Positions 50,130 to 61,935 of a stretch of DNA of 64,000 bases are shown here, one piece after another (the stretch's first letter is position 1; the number at the start of each line of letters is the position of its first letter). A program made the position numbers and the translations under genes. Source of the stretch: Chiloscyllium plagiosum (lineage: Eukaryota); NCBI RefSeq assembly GCF_004010195.1, contig NC_057718.1, positions 49,501,239 through 49,565,238 of the forward strand, in the 5' to 3' direction. The notes below the pieces were generated by a model. It ran no database searches. It was not told the DNA's origin and was given only the letters and a program-made list of their open reading frames with translations.

Positions 50130-50810
50130 TCTGGTGAATGGTTACCCCCAGGATGTTAAAAATGGCATACCAGTGATGGTAATGATACTGAATATAAAGG
50201 GATGATTATTATATGCTCTTTTGTTGGAGATTGTCATTGCCTGACACTTCAGTGATACTCTTGTTAGTTGCCACTTGCTAGCCCAGACCTGAATATTGTC
50301 CACTGGATATTGTTGAGAATGGTGCTGAACATTGTCCAAACATCAGCAAACATTCCCACTTCTCACCTATCTCTGGAAGGAAGGTCATTGATGAAACAGT
50401 TGAAGATATTTGGTTGTCGGACACTGTTCTAAGGAAATTCTGCAGAGATGTCATGGAGCTAAGGTGCCTGACTCCGAACAACAACAACTTTTGTATTCAA
50501 TGTGACTCTGACCATTGGCAAGATTTCCTTGTGTTCCCTTTAATACTGGTTTTGCTAGGGTCAAAAGTAGCTTTGATGTCATTCTCGTATCACCTCTGGA
50601 GTTCAACTCTTTTGTGCATGTTTCAACCAAGGCTGTAATGATGTTAAGAGCTGAATGGCCCTGGTGGAACACAAACTGAGCATCAGTGAGTATAATTATT
50701 GCTGATCAAATGGTGCTTAATAGCACTGTTGATTAGATATTTCATCATTTTACTGATGATTGAGAGTAAACTGATGTGGCAGTGATTGGCTGGGCTGGGT
50801 TTATCCAAGC
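50130..50810 (-). mobile_element. CR1/L2-clade LINE RT fragment, decayed
   Basis: PANHCHISLLSIISKMMKYLINSAIKHHLISNN (RT N-terminus) and DNIQVWASKWQLT...KCQAMTIS. Confidence 0.7.
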
Positions 50811-51077
50811 CAGTGTTGCAGCTACAATAACCTCTAGCAGTGAGGCCAACTTTCTCTTCTTGAAAGAAAGGAATGGCCATTGGATACTCAATTAACTTAC
50901 AGCCACTAGCAATATGTTGACTGACCCAGTTATGACATCAGGTTATTATCACCTGATATTAATACTTCAGAACCTATTCACAGCACTATTTCAGGCTAGG
51001 TAATCAGTCGATGGGAACATTCACTTCACATCATTTAAATTTGTTATTTTTTTCTCTTTGATGATCACCACATCCAT

Positions 51078-51427
51078 AGGGTGGCATGGTGGCTCAGTAG
51101 TTAGCACTACTGCCTCACAGTGCTAGGGATCTGTGTTTGATTCCAGCCTTGGGTGACTGTCTATATGAAGTTTGTGTTTTCCCTATGTCTGCATGGGTTT
51201 CCTCCTGGTGTTCTGGTTTCCTCTACCAGTTCAAAGATGTGCAGATTAGGTGGACTGACCGTTGCTCCATAGTGTCCAGGGATGTGCTAGCTAGATGGAT
51301 TAGCCATGGGAAATACAGGGTTATAGGGAAAAGGTAAGGGTGTGGATTTGAGTGGGATACTCTTCAGAGAGTTAGCGTGGACTCACTGGACTGAGTGGCC
51401 TGCTTCTATGCTGTAGGGATTCTATGA
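51078..51427 (+). mobile_element. HE1/V-SINE-like SINE, full length
   Basis: ggggtggcatggtggctcagtagttagcactactgcctcacag head, core, and tail tgctgtagggattctatg. Confidence 0.85.
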
Positions 51428-51856
51428 TAAAGGATGGGATATGTCCTTAGAATGTATGTACAGAAATGCATTTACAGGTTGAACAGATAGTATGCAATCC
51501 TCTTTTCCAGAATTACACTCAGAATTTAAATCCTGAATTTCATTTGCATTTAGTGACAAATTTGGAATCCTATACACAGTTAAAGTTATCAAATTTTACA
51601 TGCAACCAAAAAAACCTTGATAATTATTGAAATTTTCCTGTAAGTCATGATGGACTTGCACATAGATTTGCAGTATACAAGGTCGTAGGATGCTTTTTGC
51701 ATAATAAGTCAATCAGATGTAGTTGTGACAAAAGAGTTGTTTAATCACCCTCCAAACATGAAAGGGATGATAGTCTTGTTGAAATGATCCTTTCAACACT
51801 CCCAACATCTGTGCTGTTGATTCTGCACTGCAGTTCTTGATCCAGAAAAACTAATA

Positions 51857-51935
51857 AGGTAAAACAATGACTGCAGATGCTGGAAACCAGATTCTGGATT
51901 AGTGGTGCTGGATAAACTGCTGTGCTCTTCCAGCA
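51857..51935. mobile_element. Very short inverted PLE family-1 insertion
   Basis: Perfect 15-bp TSD ccagaaaaactaata (51842-51856, 51936-51950); the arms match the 1045-1258 element. Confidence 0.85.
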
Positions 51936-53536
51936 CCAGAAAAACTAATAGCCTAATCCACAAATGAATCAGAGTTTGACAGTGAGAGCTGAATGTCAGG
52001 CAGTGCTGCATGACTGAATATTTATGCTACTGTTTTCTTTTCAGGGTTGCAGGACAATTTTAATCATTTTAGACTCTAATCCAGAGAAGATAATAAGGAA
52101 ACAAGACAGTTGACACTTTAGAGAGCAAAGGAACTGGAGGACATTTGCTCAGAATTAACTTTGCATTGAATGTTGTTTCTAATTTTATTGGCCACTGAAT
52201 TTTTAGTGTAATCATCTCAAAGTCAAATCCCTAATACGTCAGCAGAAACCATCATTGTTGGATTTTTTTTTGTGACTGCCTCCTCCCTTCCCATTGTGAC
52301 TGAGAAAGGATGTAATTTCATTGGGATTCCTGCTGATCTCATAGGCCGTGGAAGATAATCAGCAGAAGCCACTGCAGAAGTTATTAGAATCAGTATTACA
52401 ATTTATGCAAAGATGGATTTTTTTTGAGAAACTACTTGCATTGGTTTTCTAACTCACAGAAAGGTCACGTTACGTGGCAGGATGAATTTACCATTTCCTT
52501 TGGCCTTGCATTATTTTGTCATTTAACAATTGTCTTCAACTGTATCACTGATTCAGTTAGATTAGCGAGTACAGTCTGCTGTTTACAAATCTGTGCTGAC
52601 TCTCCTCAATTAACTCAAAACTCTCCAGTGCTGATTAATTTTTTTTCTTTATGATTGCTTCTAAAAACTTGTCAACCACTGATATTGAATTAGCTGAGCT
52701 GGAGTTGAGAAGGATGTTCTGTCCACTTTCATGATTACATGTATCACATCTCTTGTTCATCAATCATTTGGAGCCTTCCCACTATCTAAGGAATCTTAGG
52801 AGATTACAGTAAGTCCTTCTGCTCTCTTGACTATCACATTCTTTAGAAATCTGGGATCCAAGCCACCTGAACCAGATGACATGTCCACTGTTAGTTCTTA
52901 GCCACTCTTTCCATTATGCCTTTCCAATCAATTTCAGCTCTTTCATTGCCTTTACCATTGTCACTTATACCAACATTTTGTAAACATCCTTTTCCTTAGT
53001 AAATAAAGCACAAAGTCTGGTCTTGCTCTAAGCCTTCATGCATAGACCACCTTTTTCTCCCCAATAAGATCCATCTCTTCCGACCAGACTTACATTTGCA
53101 TACTGATAGAAAACGTTTTTATGTTGGCTATCATTCTATTTCTATATTTAAAGACCATGACACCGTAAGATATCAGAGGACAATTAGACCATTTGGCCCA
53201 TCAAGAATGTTTCACCATTCATTCATGGCTGCTAATGTTTCTCTGTCCCATTCTGCTTCTTTCAGTAGGGCCTCATACATACATTAAAATCAGGGAAATG
53301 AAATTTGATTCCTGAAGCCATTTTACTAAGACGTTGTTGCAGCCCTGATTACTGCCTGTGATTCCAAATTTTGCTGTACTAACCTCTTAAAGAAGCCATT
53401 TTATTAAATCAGATAGATGCTGTTCTGCAAATAGAGCATTGTACCAAAAACCAGTGAACTAGCATAAAGTCATCGAAGCAACTAAGGTAATAAACAGAAA
53501 TACCTCAAAAGTGGGAAATCCTAACAAAGGAAAAGA

Positions 53537-54425
53537 CATAGATTCATAGAGTCATAGAGATGTACAGTATGGAAACACACCCTTCGGTCCAACTCGTCCA
53601 TGCCAACCAGTTATCCTAAGCTAATCTAGCCCCTTTTGCCAGCACCCAGCACATATCTCTCTAAACCCTTCCTATTCATGTACCCATCCAGATGCCTTTT
53701 AAATAATGCAATTGTACCAGCGTGCACCACTTCCTCTGGCAGCTCATTCCATCCACGCATGAAAATGTTGCCCCTTAGGTCCCTTTTATATCTTACCCCT
53801 CTCAACCTGAACCTATGCCGTCTAGTTCTAGACTTGCCCACCCCAGGAAAATGACCTTGTCTATTTATCATATCCATGCCCCTCATGGTTTTATAAACCT
53901 CTATAAAGTCACCCCTCATCCTCCGATGCTTCAGGGAAAATAGCCCCGGCCTCTTCAGCCTCTCCCTATAGCTCAAACCCTGGCAACATCCTCGTAAATC
54001 TTTTCTGAACACTTTCAAGTTTCACAACATCTTTCTAATAAGAAGGAGACCAGAATTGCACACAATATTCCAAAAGTGACCTAACCAATGTCCTGTACAG
54101 CCGCAACATGACCTCCCAACTCCTGTACTCAACACTTTGACTAATAAAGGAAAGCATACCAAACACCTTCTTCACTACCCTATCTACCTGCGACTCCACT
54201 TTCAAGGAACTATGAACCTACATTCCTTGGTCTTTTTGTTCAGCAATACTCCCTAGGACCTTTCCATTAAGTGCATAAATCCTGCTTTGATTTGCTTTTC
54301 CAAAATGCAGCATCTCACATTTATCTAAATTAAACTCTATCTGCCACTCTTCAGCCCATTGGCCCATCTGATCAAGATCCTGTTGTACTCTGAGGTAACG
54401 TTCTTTGCTGTCCTCTACACCTCCA
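53537..54425 (-). mobile_element. CR1 LINE 3' fragment
   Basis: ORF 53626-54018 LSYRERLKRPGLFSLKHRRMRGDFIEVYK...WNELPEEVV...FKRHLDGYM; (tatgactc)n tail. Confidence 0.92.
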
Positions 54426-54719
54426 AAATCCCAAGTTCATCTGAGAAGCAAACTCCTGGAAATGTAATCACATTAAAAACATGCAGCTTTCTGAGAATCT
54501 TTCAATTTACAAAGTTAAAAACCACACAACATCAGGTTATAGTTCAACAGGTTTATTTGGAAGCACTAGCTTTTGGAGTACTTCTCCATCAGGTGGTTGT
54601 GGAGTATAAGATCATCAGGCACAGAATTTATAGCAAAAGTTACAGTGTGATTCACTGGGATCACTGCCGGCATCTTGAAAGAATTCCTGGAGTCTTATTG
54701 GCCTGATGAATTTCTCAGT

Positions 54720-55271
54720 GCCTGCTGCATTTTGGTGGTGGGGCAGAAATTGAGATGCCTGCTAAGAATTTCAATCTCTTCTGGTTGAAGGGTATGGCCT
54801 GATAAATTGACGATTGACTTCCCCGCAGTGATAACATTATTCACTGTGGTGCCAGGGTGGGCTTGGCTACTGCTAGTGGTGATGCCAAGTTTCTCCACTT
54901 TCTTGTTCTTGGCGTGCATGTACGTAGTGTAGTTTTGTCGCTTTGCCTGTTTGGCAATGTCCCATAGCTGTACCGCTGTATCCTGAGTCAGGCTGAGAGT
55001 GTGGACTCCATTTTAATTTCAAGGTTGTGGCATCTGCTGTCGAGTTGGTGCACAAGATGATTGAGGAGTTTGCGAGAGTTGCGTGGCAAAGTCTCTCCAT
55101 GTATTCTGTGTTGTCAGTCGACTTGAGCGTGTTCATGATCTGTAATCCTTTTGGGATCTTTCCTGCTTTCCTGCATTTCTGTAGAAACTTGATGTCTATG
55201 TCAATATGTGCGATCTTCTTGGAGATCCTCTCCAGTGTAAGCCGGCAGTTAGTGGTGTTGATGGTAGTCAT
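54720..55271 (-). pseudogene. PLE polyprotein N-terminal fragment
   Basis: MTTINTT...KKIAHIDIDIKFLQKCRKAGKIPKGLQI and, after a frameshift, SIVNLSGHTLQPEEIEILSRHLNFCPT (the PLE pre-RT VNLS...L...E..L.KGLNF.P motif). Confidence 0.8.
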
Positions 55272-55350
55272 GATTTGGAGATGCTGTTGTTGGACTGCCG
55301 TTGTTGCCGTTGTACAAAGCTAAAAATCACACAACACCAGGTTATAGTTA

Positions 55351-55617
55351 TGGTACATCGGCAAGACCAAGCAGAGGCTATGGCAATGGATGAACGGATG
55401 CCGCACAACAATCAACAGACAGGAGTGTTCCCTCCCAGTCAGAGAACATTTCAGCAGTATAGGACATTCAATCTCGGACCTTCGGGTGACTGGTTTCCAA
55501 GGCAGACTTCGGGACAGGCAACAATGCAAAGTGGCCGAGCAGAGGCTGATAGCCAAGTTCAGTACCTACAGGGATGGCCTCAACCAGGACCTTGGATTCA
55601 TGTCACACTACAGGTGA
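55351..55617 (+). pseudogene. PLE GIY-YIG endonuclease C-terminal fragment
   Basis: WYIGKTKQRL...MNGCR...VREHF...H...DL...AEQRLIAKFSTYRDGLN. Confidence 0.85.
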
Positions 55618-56063
55618 CCCCACTGCACTATATACAGACACACACACACACACACATCCATGTGCACACAAACACAGATACATTTGTGGGGTGAATTTGT
55701 ACTTGCAGAATTACATTTTATTTTGCTCAAAAACTACATGAATCCATGTAAGATTCTGTAAATCTGTTTTGTTTTAGATTAGAATTAGTCTGAATATTGT
55801 GGCACAGACAGTCTCACTTTGGGCACCTCACACCTTCAATGCATTATCTGGACTGACATGCCACTGATTGTTAAAGTTCACTTGAGAATGTAACTTTAAA
55901 AAAGTTCTGAGATTTACACATTAAAGAACTGAAACCAACATGCTCATTCTAAAAGATGAGAGAATTAACAAACAGTCCAAGTCTTTTTCAATATATAATT
56001 TCAGTTACATCATACTGTAAACTTTTGATATAAACTCTGTCTTACGATCTTATACTCCACAAA

Positions 56064-56098
56064 CACCTGATGAAGGAGTAGTGCTCCGAAAGCTAATG
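56064..56098 (+). ncRNA. Hammerhead ribozyme motif (family 2) in the PLE pLTR
   Basis: CAC-CTGATGA-A-GGAGT-AGT-GCTCC-GAAA-GC-TA-ATG; one stem I mismatch. Confidence 0.6.
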
Positions 56099-57132
56099 CC
56101 TCCAAATAAACCTGTTGGTCTATAAACTGGTGTTGTGTGATGTTTAACTTTGTACACCCCGGTCTAACACTGGCAACTCCAAATCAATTTACAAGGCATA
56201 CACTTTATATAAAATGTCATCTAAGAAACTACAGGCCTGCCCTGAAAGAGACAGCAACAACTAGAAGTTGTAACTTTATTTTATCTTTTATATTCTATTA
56301 TGTTATTTCATCATATTGTATTTGTCTACATTAGTGTGTGTGTGTAAAATAATGCTTTATTTCAGGATACGTGTGTGAGAATAAATAATCTTTATTTTAA
56401 GTCTCATAAAAAAAACTTGCTGTTGAACATTTTAATTAAGCATGAAATCTAAAGTGAAGAGGATAGTCACCTGTTAAATGCAAGCATAATGATCAGAGGT
56501 AGTAGAGGGGAATAGATCAATTTTGACCTTGGCTATATGCTCATTTCCCACTTTGTGCTGAGTTATAAAGGTGAACATGTTGAGCAGCCAGAGATGTAAT
56601 ATCACATGATGAAGTCTGTTTCAACCAGAGCTGATCACCCACCAGGCAAGAAAATCTGGGTTAAAATCTAGGGTGTTTTTTTTTCTTTTGAAGGTCAGTC
56701 ATATCACCCATTGTTTAAAATTTTAAGTTATGTTTTCATTCACATAAGCCTTTATTTAAAGACAATTAGTGTAAAGGTAGTATTATCTTGGATTATAGGC
56801 CTGCATTTCTTTTGGATTTGTTGACCTTAAAATGTCACATCTAACTCAGTTTCTTGTAAAAGAACGTTTATATGAAACAGACCCAGTTCTCTTCTCAGCA
56901 AACGTATCTTTTCTAAAATTAAGCAATTCAATGGTTTTAACATGATAAGTTAGACATCAAAAATGCACCAATTATCTTAGAACTGAGTAGAGAGAAATTT
57001 ATAAATTATTACGGTATTGTTAAATTTTGGTGAAAATATGTTGGATTTTTATAAGTTATTTAAAATAATTTTATTGGTAAATATTCTTGTTCATACACTA
57101 TTTGTGTACACGGTGGCTCAGTGATTAACACT

Positions 57133-57316
57133 GTTGAGAGTGTGTTGCTGGAAAGGCACAGCAGGTCAGGCAGCATTCAAGGATCAGGAAAATCAACGTT
57201 ACGGGCCTGAAACATCGATTTTCCTGCTCCTCGAATGCTGCCTGACCTCTGTGCTTTTCCAGCAACGCACTCTCACCTCTGATCTCCAGCATCTGCAGAC
57301 GTCACTGTCTCCTAGT
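57133..57316. mobile_element. PLE family-1 palindromic short element nested in the SINE head
   Basis: Perfect 11-bp TSD tgattaacact (57122-57132, 57317-57327); inverted arms centred on hammerhead stem II. Confidence 0.85.
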
Positions 57317-57485
57317 TGATTAACACTATTGCCCCACAACACCAGTGATCCAGGATCGATTTCAACCTCAGGTGATTGTCAGATTCTCTCTGTGCCTGCA
57401 TGGGTTTTCTGCTGGTTGTTCTGGTTTCCTCCCACAGTCTAAGGAGGTGCAGGTAAGGTGGACTGGCCATGCAAAATTATCTGTA

Positions 57486-57813
57486 CAGGTACACAATCTT
57501 TTATCCGAAATTCCTAAATCTGAAAAGCTCCAAAATCTGAAGATTTTTTGTGAAGTATTTTTCTGTATAACAAGGTTGTTTGACATGCGAACATGTGACC
57601 CAACTCCACACCCACTCGGCCAATGTCACTCGGATGTGACATGGCAGCATGGCCCAGCACAGGCAGGCGTCAACTGTGTCTCAGTGCTCGTACTAGTCAC
57701 ATGTGGGTCTGCTATTTGGTAAGATTTTTCTATTTCACAGTGAAAATGTCAGTTATTCTGAAATCTGAAAATCAACCAGCTCCAAGGATTTTGGATAAAG
57801 GATTATGTACCTG
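57486..57813. mobile_element. Tigger/pogo-like MITE
   Basis: About 25-bp TIRs caggtacacaatcttttatccgaaat / attttggataaaggattatgtacctg; TA on the left flank, TC on the right. Confidence 0.8.
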
Positions 57814-58316
57814 TCGTGTAAACTAGGTGGATTAGTCTTGCGAAATGCTGAGTGATAGGGGTCTGGGTAGAATGCTTTTTGGGTGTTTAGTGCAGTCTTG
57901 ATGAGCCAATGGCACTGAAGATATTCAATGATTTACAGAACAATTCGCTGCAAATTTTCTCCTTTAAACTTAATGGAAATCAACATTCTTGCAAAAGGGA
58001 TGGTGAGGTTCTACTAAACCTGCTCCGCCATTCAATAAGATCATGGTTGATCTCTTAGTTGACTCAGCTCCATTTTCCCACCCACTCAGGATTGAAAGGG
58101 GGAAGAAACTCAAGCAGAAAACTCTTGAAATATTAAGTGATGGCTTTCATATCTTTGAAACAAAGAAAGAAGGAGAGGAGAGAAACAGTTGCCACTGTAG
58201 AGTACTGCAGTTTTGTGTTAATAGCTAAGCAGAATGCTTGTGAGGATTAATTTTTATTTGAATAGTAGGTAATATAATGACCAGTACGTTTGATATTTAA
58301 AGGAAAAAGGAGTTGC

Positions 58317-58691
58317 TGTGATGGGCCTGGTTTGTGAAATTTGGCTCCATGAGACATAGGCTGAGTGGGAAAATGTTTGAAAAACACCAAAAGTTTCAAC
58401 TTAACACAACCAGGGAGGAATGACCCTTGTCACAAATTGAAAGTAACTTTGAATTTGTGCTTGTAGTAATACATACCTATTAGAAGCATCAAGTATGGCA
58501 AATGGCTTTACAGCATGTATCTCACTTGTGTTGATAAATGTGAGAGTGATTTTCTTTAGTTTGATCAATTGGTTGTATGCTTGTTACAGTAAAAGTCCTC
58601 AAATGTGAAGTTTTGTCTTTTAGGTATCTCTGTCAGTTACTTGCAAATTCGCCTCTTAAAAGAGATAATTGGCTTCTGCAAGAATCAAACA
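58317..58691 (+). mobile_element. Possible decayed solo LTR
   Basis: TGTGAT start and ...AACA end; no TSD found. Confidence 0.3.
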
Positions 58692-59639
58692 ACTGAAGTG
58701 ATTTATCTGTTGATATATTATCTGGCTCATATCTAGAAACTATTCCAAATTTGACAGTAACAAAAAGAAACATAGCCAATTTGTTTGACTTTTTCAATGT
58801 CATGGACTTTTTTTAGCGAAATCATGTTTAGGGCAGATCTTCAGTTTTATTTTAATTTAAGAAAGCATATTATTGATCTTGTTGGACATGCTTTTTAATA
58901 TCACTATCCATCTTTTTGTTAAAGTTATTATAAATATCCCCTAAATCATGTGATAATATTATCTAGTATTGTGAATTCTGCCTTTTGGAACAAATATGTG
59001 TGCACATGCCTGTTGTTCTATTACTTAGCTGTCAGTCATGTCTAAGGCAATTTTTTCCAGGAAGCTTTAAATGAGCAATGTAATTACATTGTAGGCAACA
59101 CTGCAGTAGTTGGCAAAGGAAAAAAATAACAACTGCAAATCTGCTGCGTTTCCTTCAAACATTTATATTTATAGGTCAGTACTTCACAGTTCACCTGCAC
59201 ATTCAGTAGTTATTCAGCTCACATGTGTAATAAGATAATTGTTCAAGTGAATTATTATTTTAATAATTGCATTTTATTTAAAGATTATGAACTTGTATGC
59301 TGTAGTTTGTATTTTAATGTTTGCCCATTCGGCTCACTGAATATTGTGTCAATTTTCACTTGTGGTGATGTAACAGTAGGTAATATTGGAACAGAATCCA
59401 TTATTCACCCTGTCAGATTTCATTTCCATGAAGTCTCAGCTTCAAGCCAGCTGCTTCCTTTATTCTTGCAACCTACAACACATCAATAAAACAGACATCC
59501 ACAGAGCAACTTGTGTGCGAGCAATCCATAGGCAGCAGTGAAACAGAAAAAAAAAGAATGAGAGAGAAACGGGGGGAGAAAGAGTGACATGGATGCAAAA
59601 GGATGCAACAAACATCATAAGAAGTACTACAGCTCTCTC

Positions 59640-60208
59640 TATGTGTCTGTATATGAGCTGGATTAAGGAAGTGATGGTGGCTAATTTTGGTCGTGATGAA
59701 GAGTAAGTTGTGAAGAGGACATGGAGAGTCTGCAAAAGGTCATAAATAGTTTAAGTGCGTTGACAAAAATGGCAGATGGTGCGTAATGTGGAAAAATATG
59801 AATGTGTCCACTTTGGTAAGAGGAAAATCAAAGCAGCATATTATTCCAATGGCAAGAGATTGTGGAAATCGTAATACAGAGATCTTGGTCTCCCAATCAC
59901 AAATCATAAAACATTAGCCTGCACATACAGCAAGTGCTTCGGAAGGTAAATGGAATATTGTCCAGAAGTAATTAAGTAAAGATTTATGAAACAAATATCT
60001 TGAATTCTGGATTGTCTTAAGAGGGATGATTAGACTGGCTGAGCTTGTCTGCTGTAACATAGAAGGTGAAGAGGTTGTTTGATTGAAACATACAAAATCC
60101 TGGGAGGTCTTCACAGGGTGGAGATGGAAAGGATATTTCCTGTTGGTGTAGATTGTAGAACCAGGAGTCACTTTTTAAAAATTAGAGATCATCGAGTTAA
60201 GACTGAAA
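59640..60208 (+). mobile_element. Old CR1 fragment
   Basis: ORF LIETYKILGGLHRVEMERIFP...TRSHFLKIR. Confidence 0.7.
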
Positions 60209-60209
60209 T

Positions 60210-60965
60210 AGAGTCATTGAATCATACAGCATGGAAACAGACCCTTCAGTCCAACCAGTCCTGAAGAACATAATCCCAAACTAAACTAGTCCCACCTGCC
60301 TTTTCCTGGCCCATATCATCTTTCCTATTCATGCATCCTTCCAAATGTCTTTTAAATGTTGTAATTGTAACCGCATCCATCACTTCCTCAGGAAATTTAT
60401 TCCACACACGAAGCACCCTCTGTGTAAAAAACTTGCCTCTTATATCTTCTTTAAGGCTCTCTTTTCTCACCTTAAAAATTTCTCACCTTGAAATTTTCTA
60501 CCTTGAAATTCCTCATCTTAGGGAAAAGACTATCCCTCCCCCTATTTTATACACTTTTATCAACCTCTCAACCTCTTACACTCCAGTGAAAAAGTCCTAG
60601 CCTATCCAACCTTTCTTTATAACTCAAAACTTACAAATCCGGCAACATCCTGAAAAATCTCTTCTGAACACTCTCCAGTTGATAATATCCTTCCTATAAC
60701 TGGGCGACCAGAACAAAACACAGTATTCCAGAAGAGGCTTCACCAATGTACTGTACAACTCAATATAATATCCGAATTCCTTTACTCAAAGGACTGAGCA
60801 ATGGCTGCAAGCATACCAAAGGCCTTTTTAACCACCCTGTCTATATGTGATGCAAACTTTAAATAATTATGTACCTGCACCCCTAGGTCTCTCTGTTCTA
60901 CAACACTATCCAAGGCCTTACCATTAATCGTGTAAGCCTTACCATTGTTTATTGCAATAAAATGC
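60210..60965 (-). mobile_element. CR1 3' fragment nested in the older CR1
   Basis: ORFs AYTINGKALDSVVEQRDLGVQVH...DRVVKKAFGML and GKFFTQRVLRVWNKFPEEV...FKRHLEG. Confidence 0.88.
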
Positions 60966-61189
60966 AATGGAAAGATTACTTTTGTTAAAGGATAATGAGT
61001 GATTGGAACTCTCTTATTGAAAAGATGGTGAAAGCTGAGTTTTTGAATACTCTTATGCAAGGAGTGAAAGTTTATTAAATTTAAGTGGGAATATGGAGTA
61101 ATCAGGTTAGCTGTGATTTTATAGAATGGTGGAGCAAACTCAAGAGGTTGAGTAGCCTCCTAATTTGTGTACTTGCATCTGTTCATAAT

Positions 61190-61935
61190 TCATTTATCGT
61201 AAGATATTTTGCTGGAGTTGTGCAGGGAGTTAGTGAGAACACATCTGGAATGCTGTGTACAGTTTGGACCCTTTGCTTAAGAAAGGACATAATTTTGTTA
61301 CAAGCAATTTACTCAACTTATTTCTGGATTGAATGGTTTGACATATGAGCAAAATTGGATAGGTTGTGCCTGTTTAGAAGAATTAAAATGTGAGGTAAAA
61401 ACAAGGACTGCAAATGCTGGAAACCAGAATCTAAATTAGAGTGGTGCTGGAAAAGCACAGCAGGTCAGGCAGCATCCGAGGAACAGGAAAATCGACGTTT
61501 CATGCAAAAGCCCTTCATCAGGAATAGAGGACCGAAACATCGATTTTCCTGCTCCTCGGATGCTGCCTGACCTGCTGTGCTTTTCCAGCACCACTCTAAT
61601 CTAGAATTAAAATGTGAACCTATTTAAACATTGAGAAATAGTAGACTCAATTTAAAACAACAATATCTCCTATTTGGGTTATGGGTGAAGAAGATTTTGT
61701 TTTACTCAGAAGGTTATCGGTACATGCATGCATGAATAGGGTGGAATTCTTTTCCTCAGAGGTCACTAAAAGCAGGATCATTGAGTATTTTTAAGGCTGA
61801 GTTTGATAGATTCACAATTAACAGGGAATAAAAGTGTATAAGGGATAAAGTGAAAGTAGAATTTACCTAGAATCAGATCTGTCACTCAGGGGCATGGAAC
61901 AAATGGTCCACTTGTGACTCTAAATATTATGCTTG
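61190..61935 (+). mobile_element. Old CR1 fragment split by a PLE palindrome
   Basis: cacatctggaatgctgtgtacagtttggacc (HLECCVQFG); ttttactcaga...ggaattc...; CR1-like tail. Confidence 0.6.
61394..61602. mobile_element. PLE family-1 palindromic short element
   Basis: Perfect 15-bp TSD agaattaaaatgtga (61379-61393, 61603-61617). Minus-strand hammerhead attcCTGATGAagggcttttgcatGAAACGTCgatt at 61490-61525. Confidence 0.88.

Larger units (their letters stand above)
54513..56183. mobile_element. Penelope-like retroelement (family 2), single internally inverted insertion
   Basis: 11-bp TSD tcaatttacaa (54502-54512, 56184-56194). Minus-strand ORF N-terminus, plus-strand GIY-YIG C-terminus, and pLTRs with hammerhead motifs at both ends. 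Confidence 0.9.
57107..57912 (+). mobile_element. HE1-like SINE carrying two nested insertions
   Basis: Head acacggtggctcagtgattaacact resumes at 57328; core at 57390-57480; tail after 57814. Confidence 0.75.
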
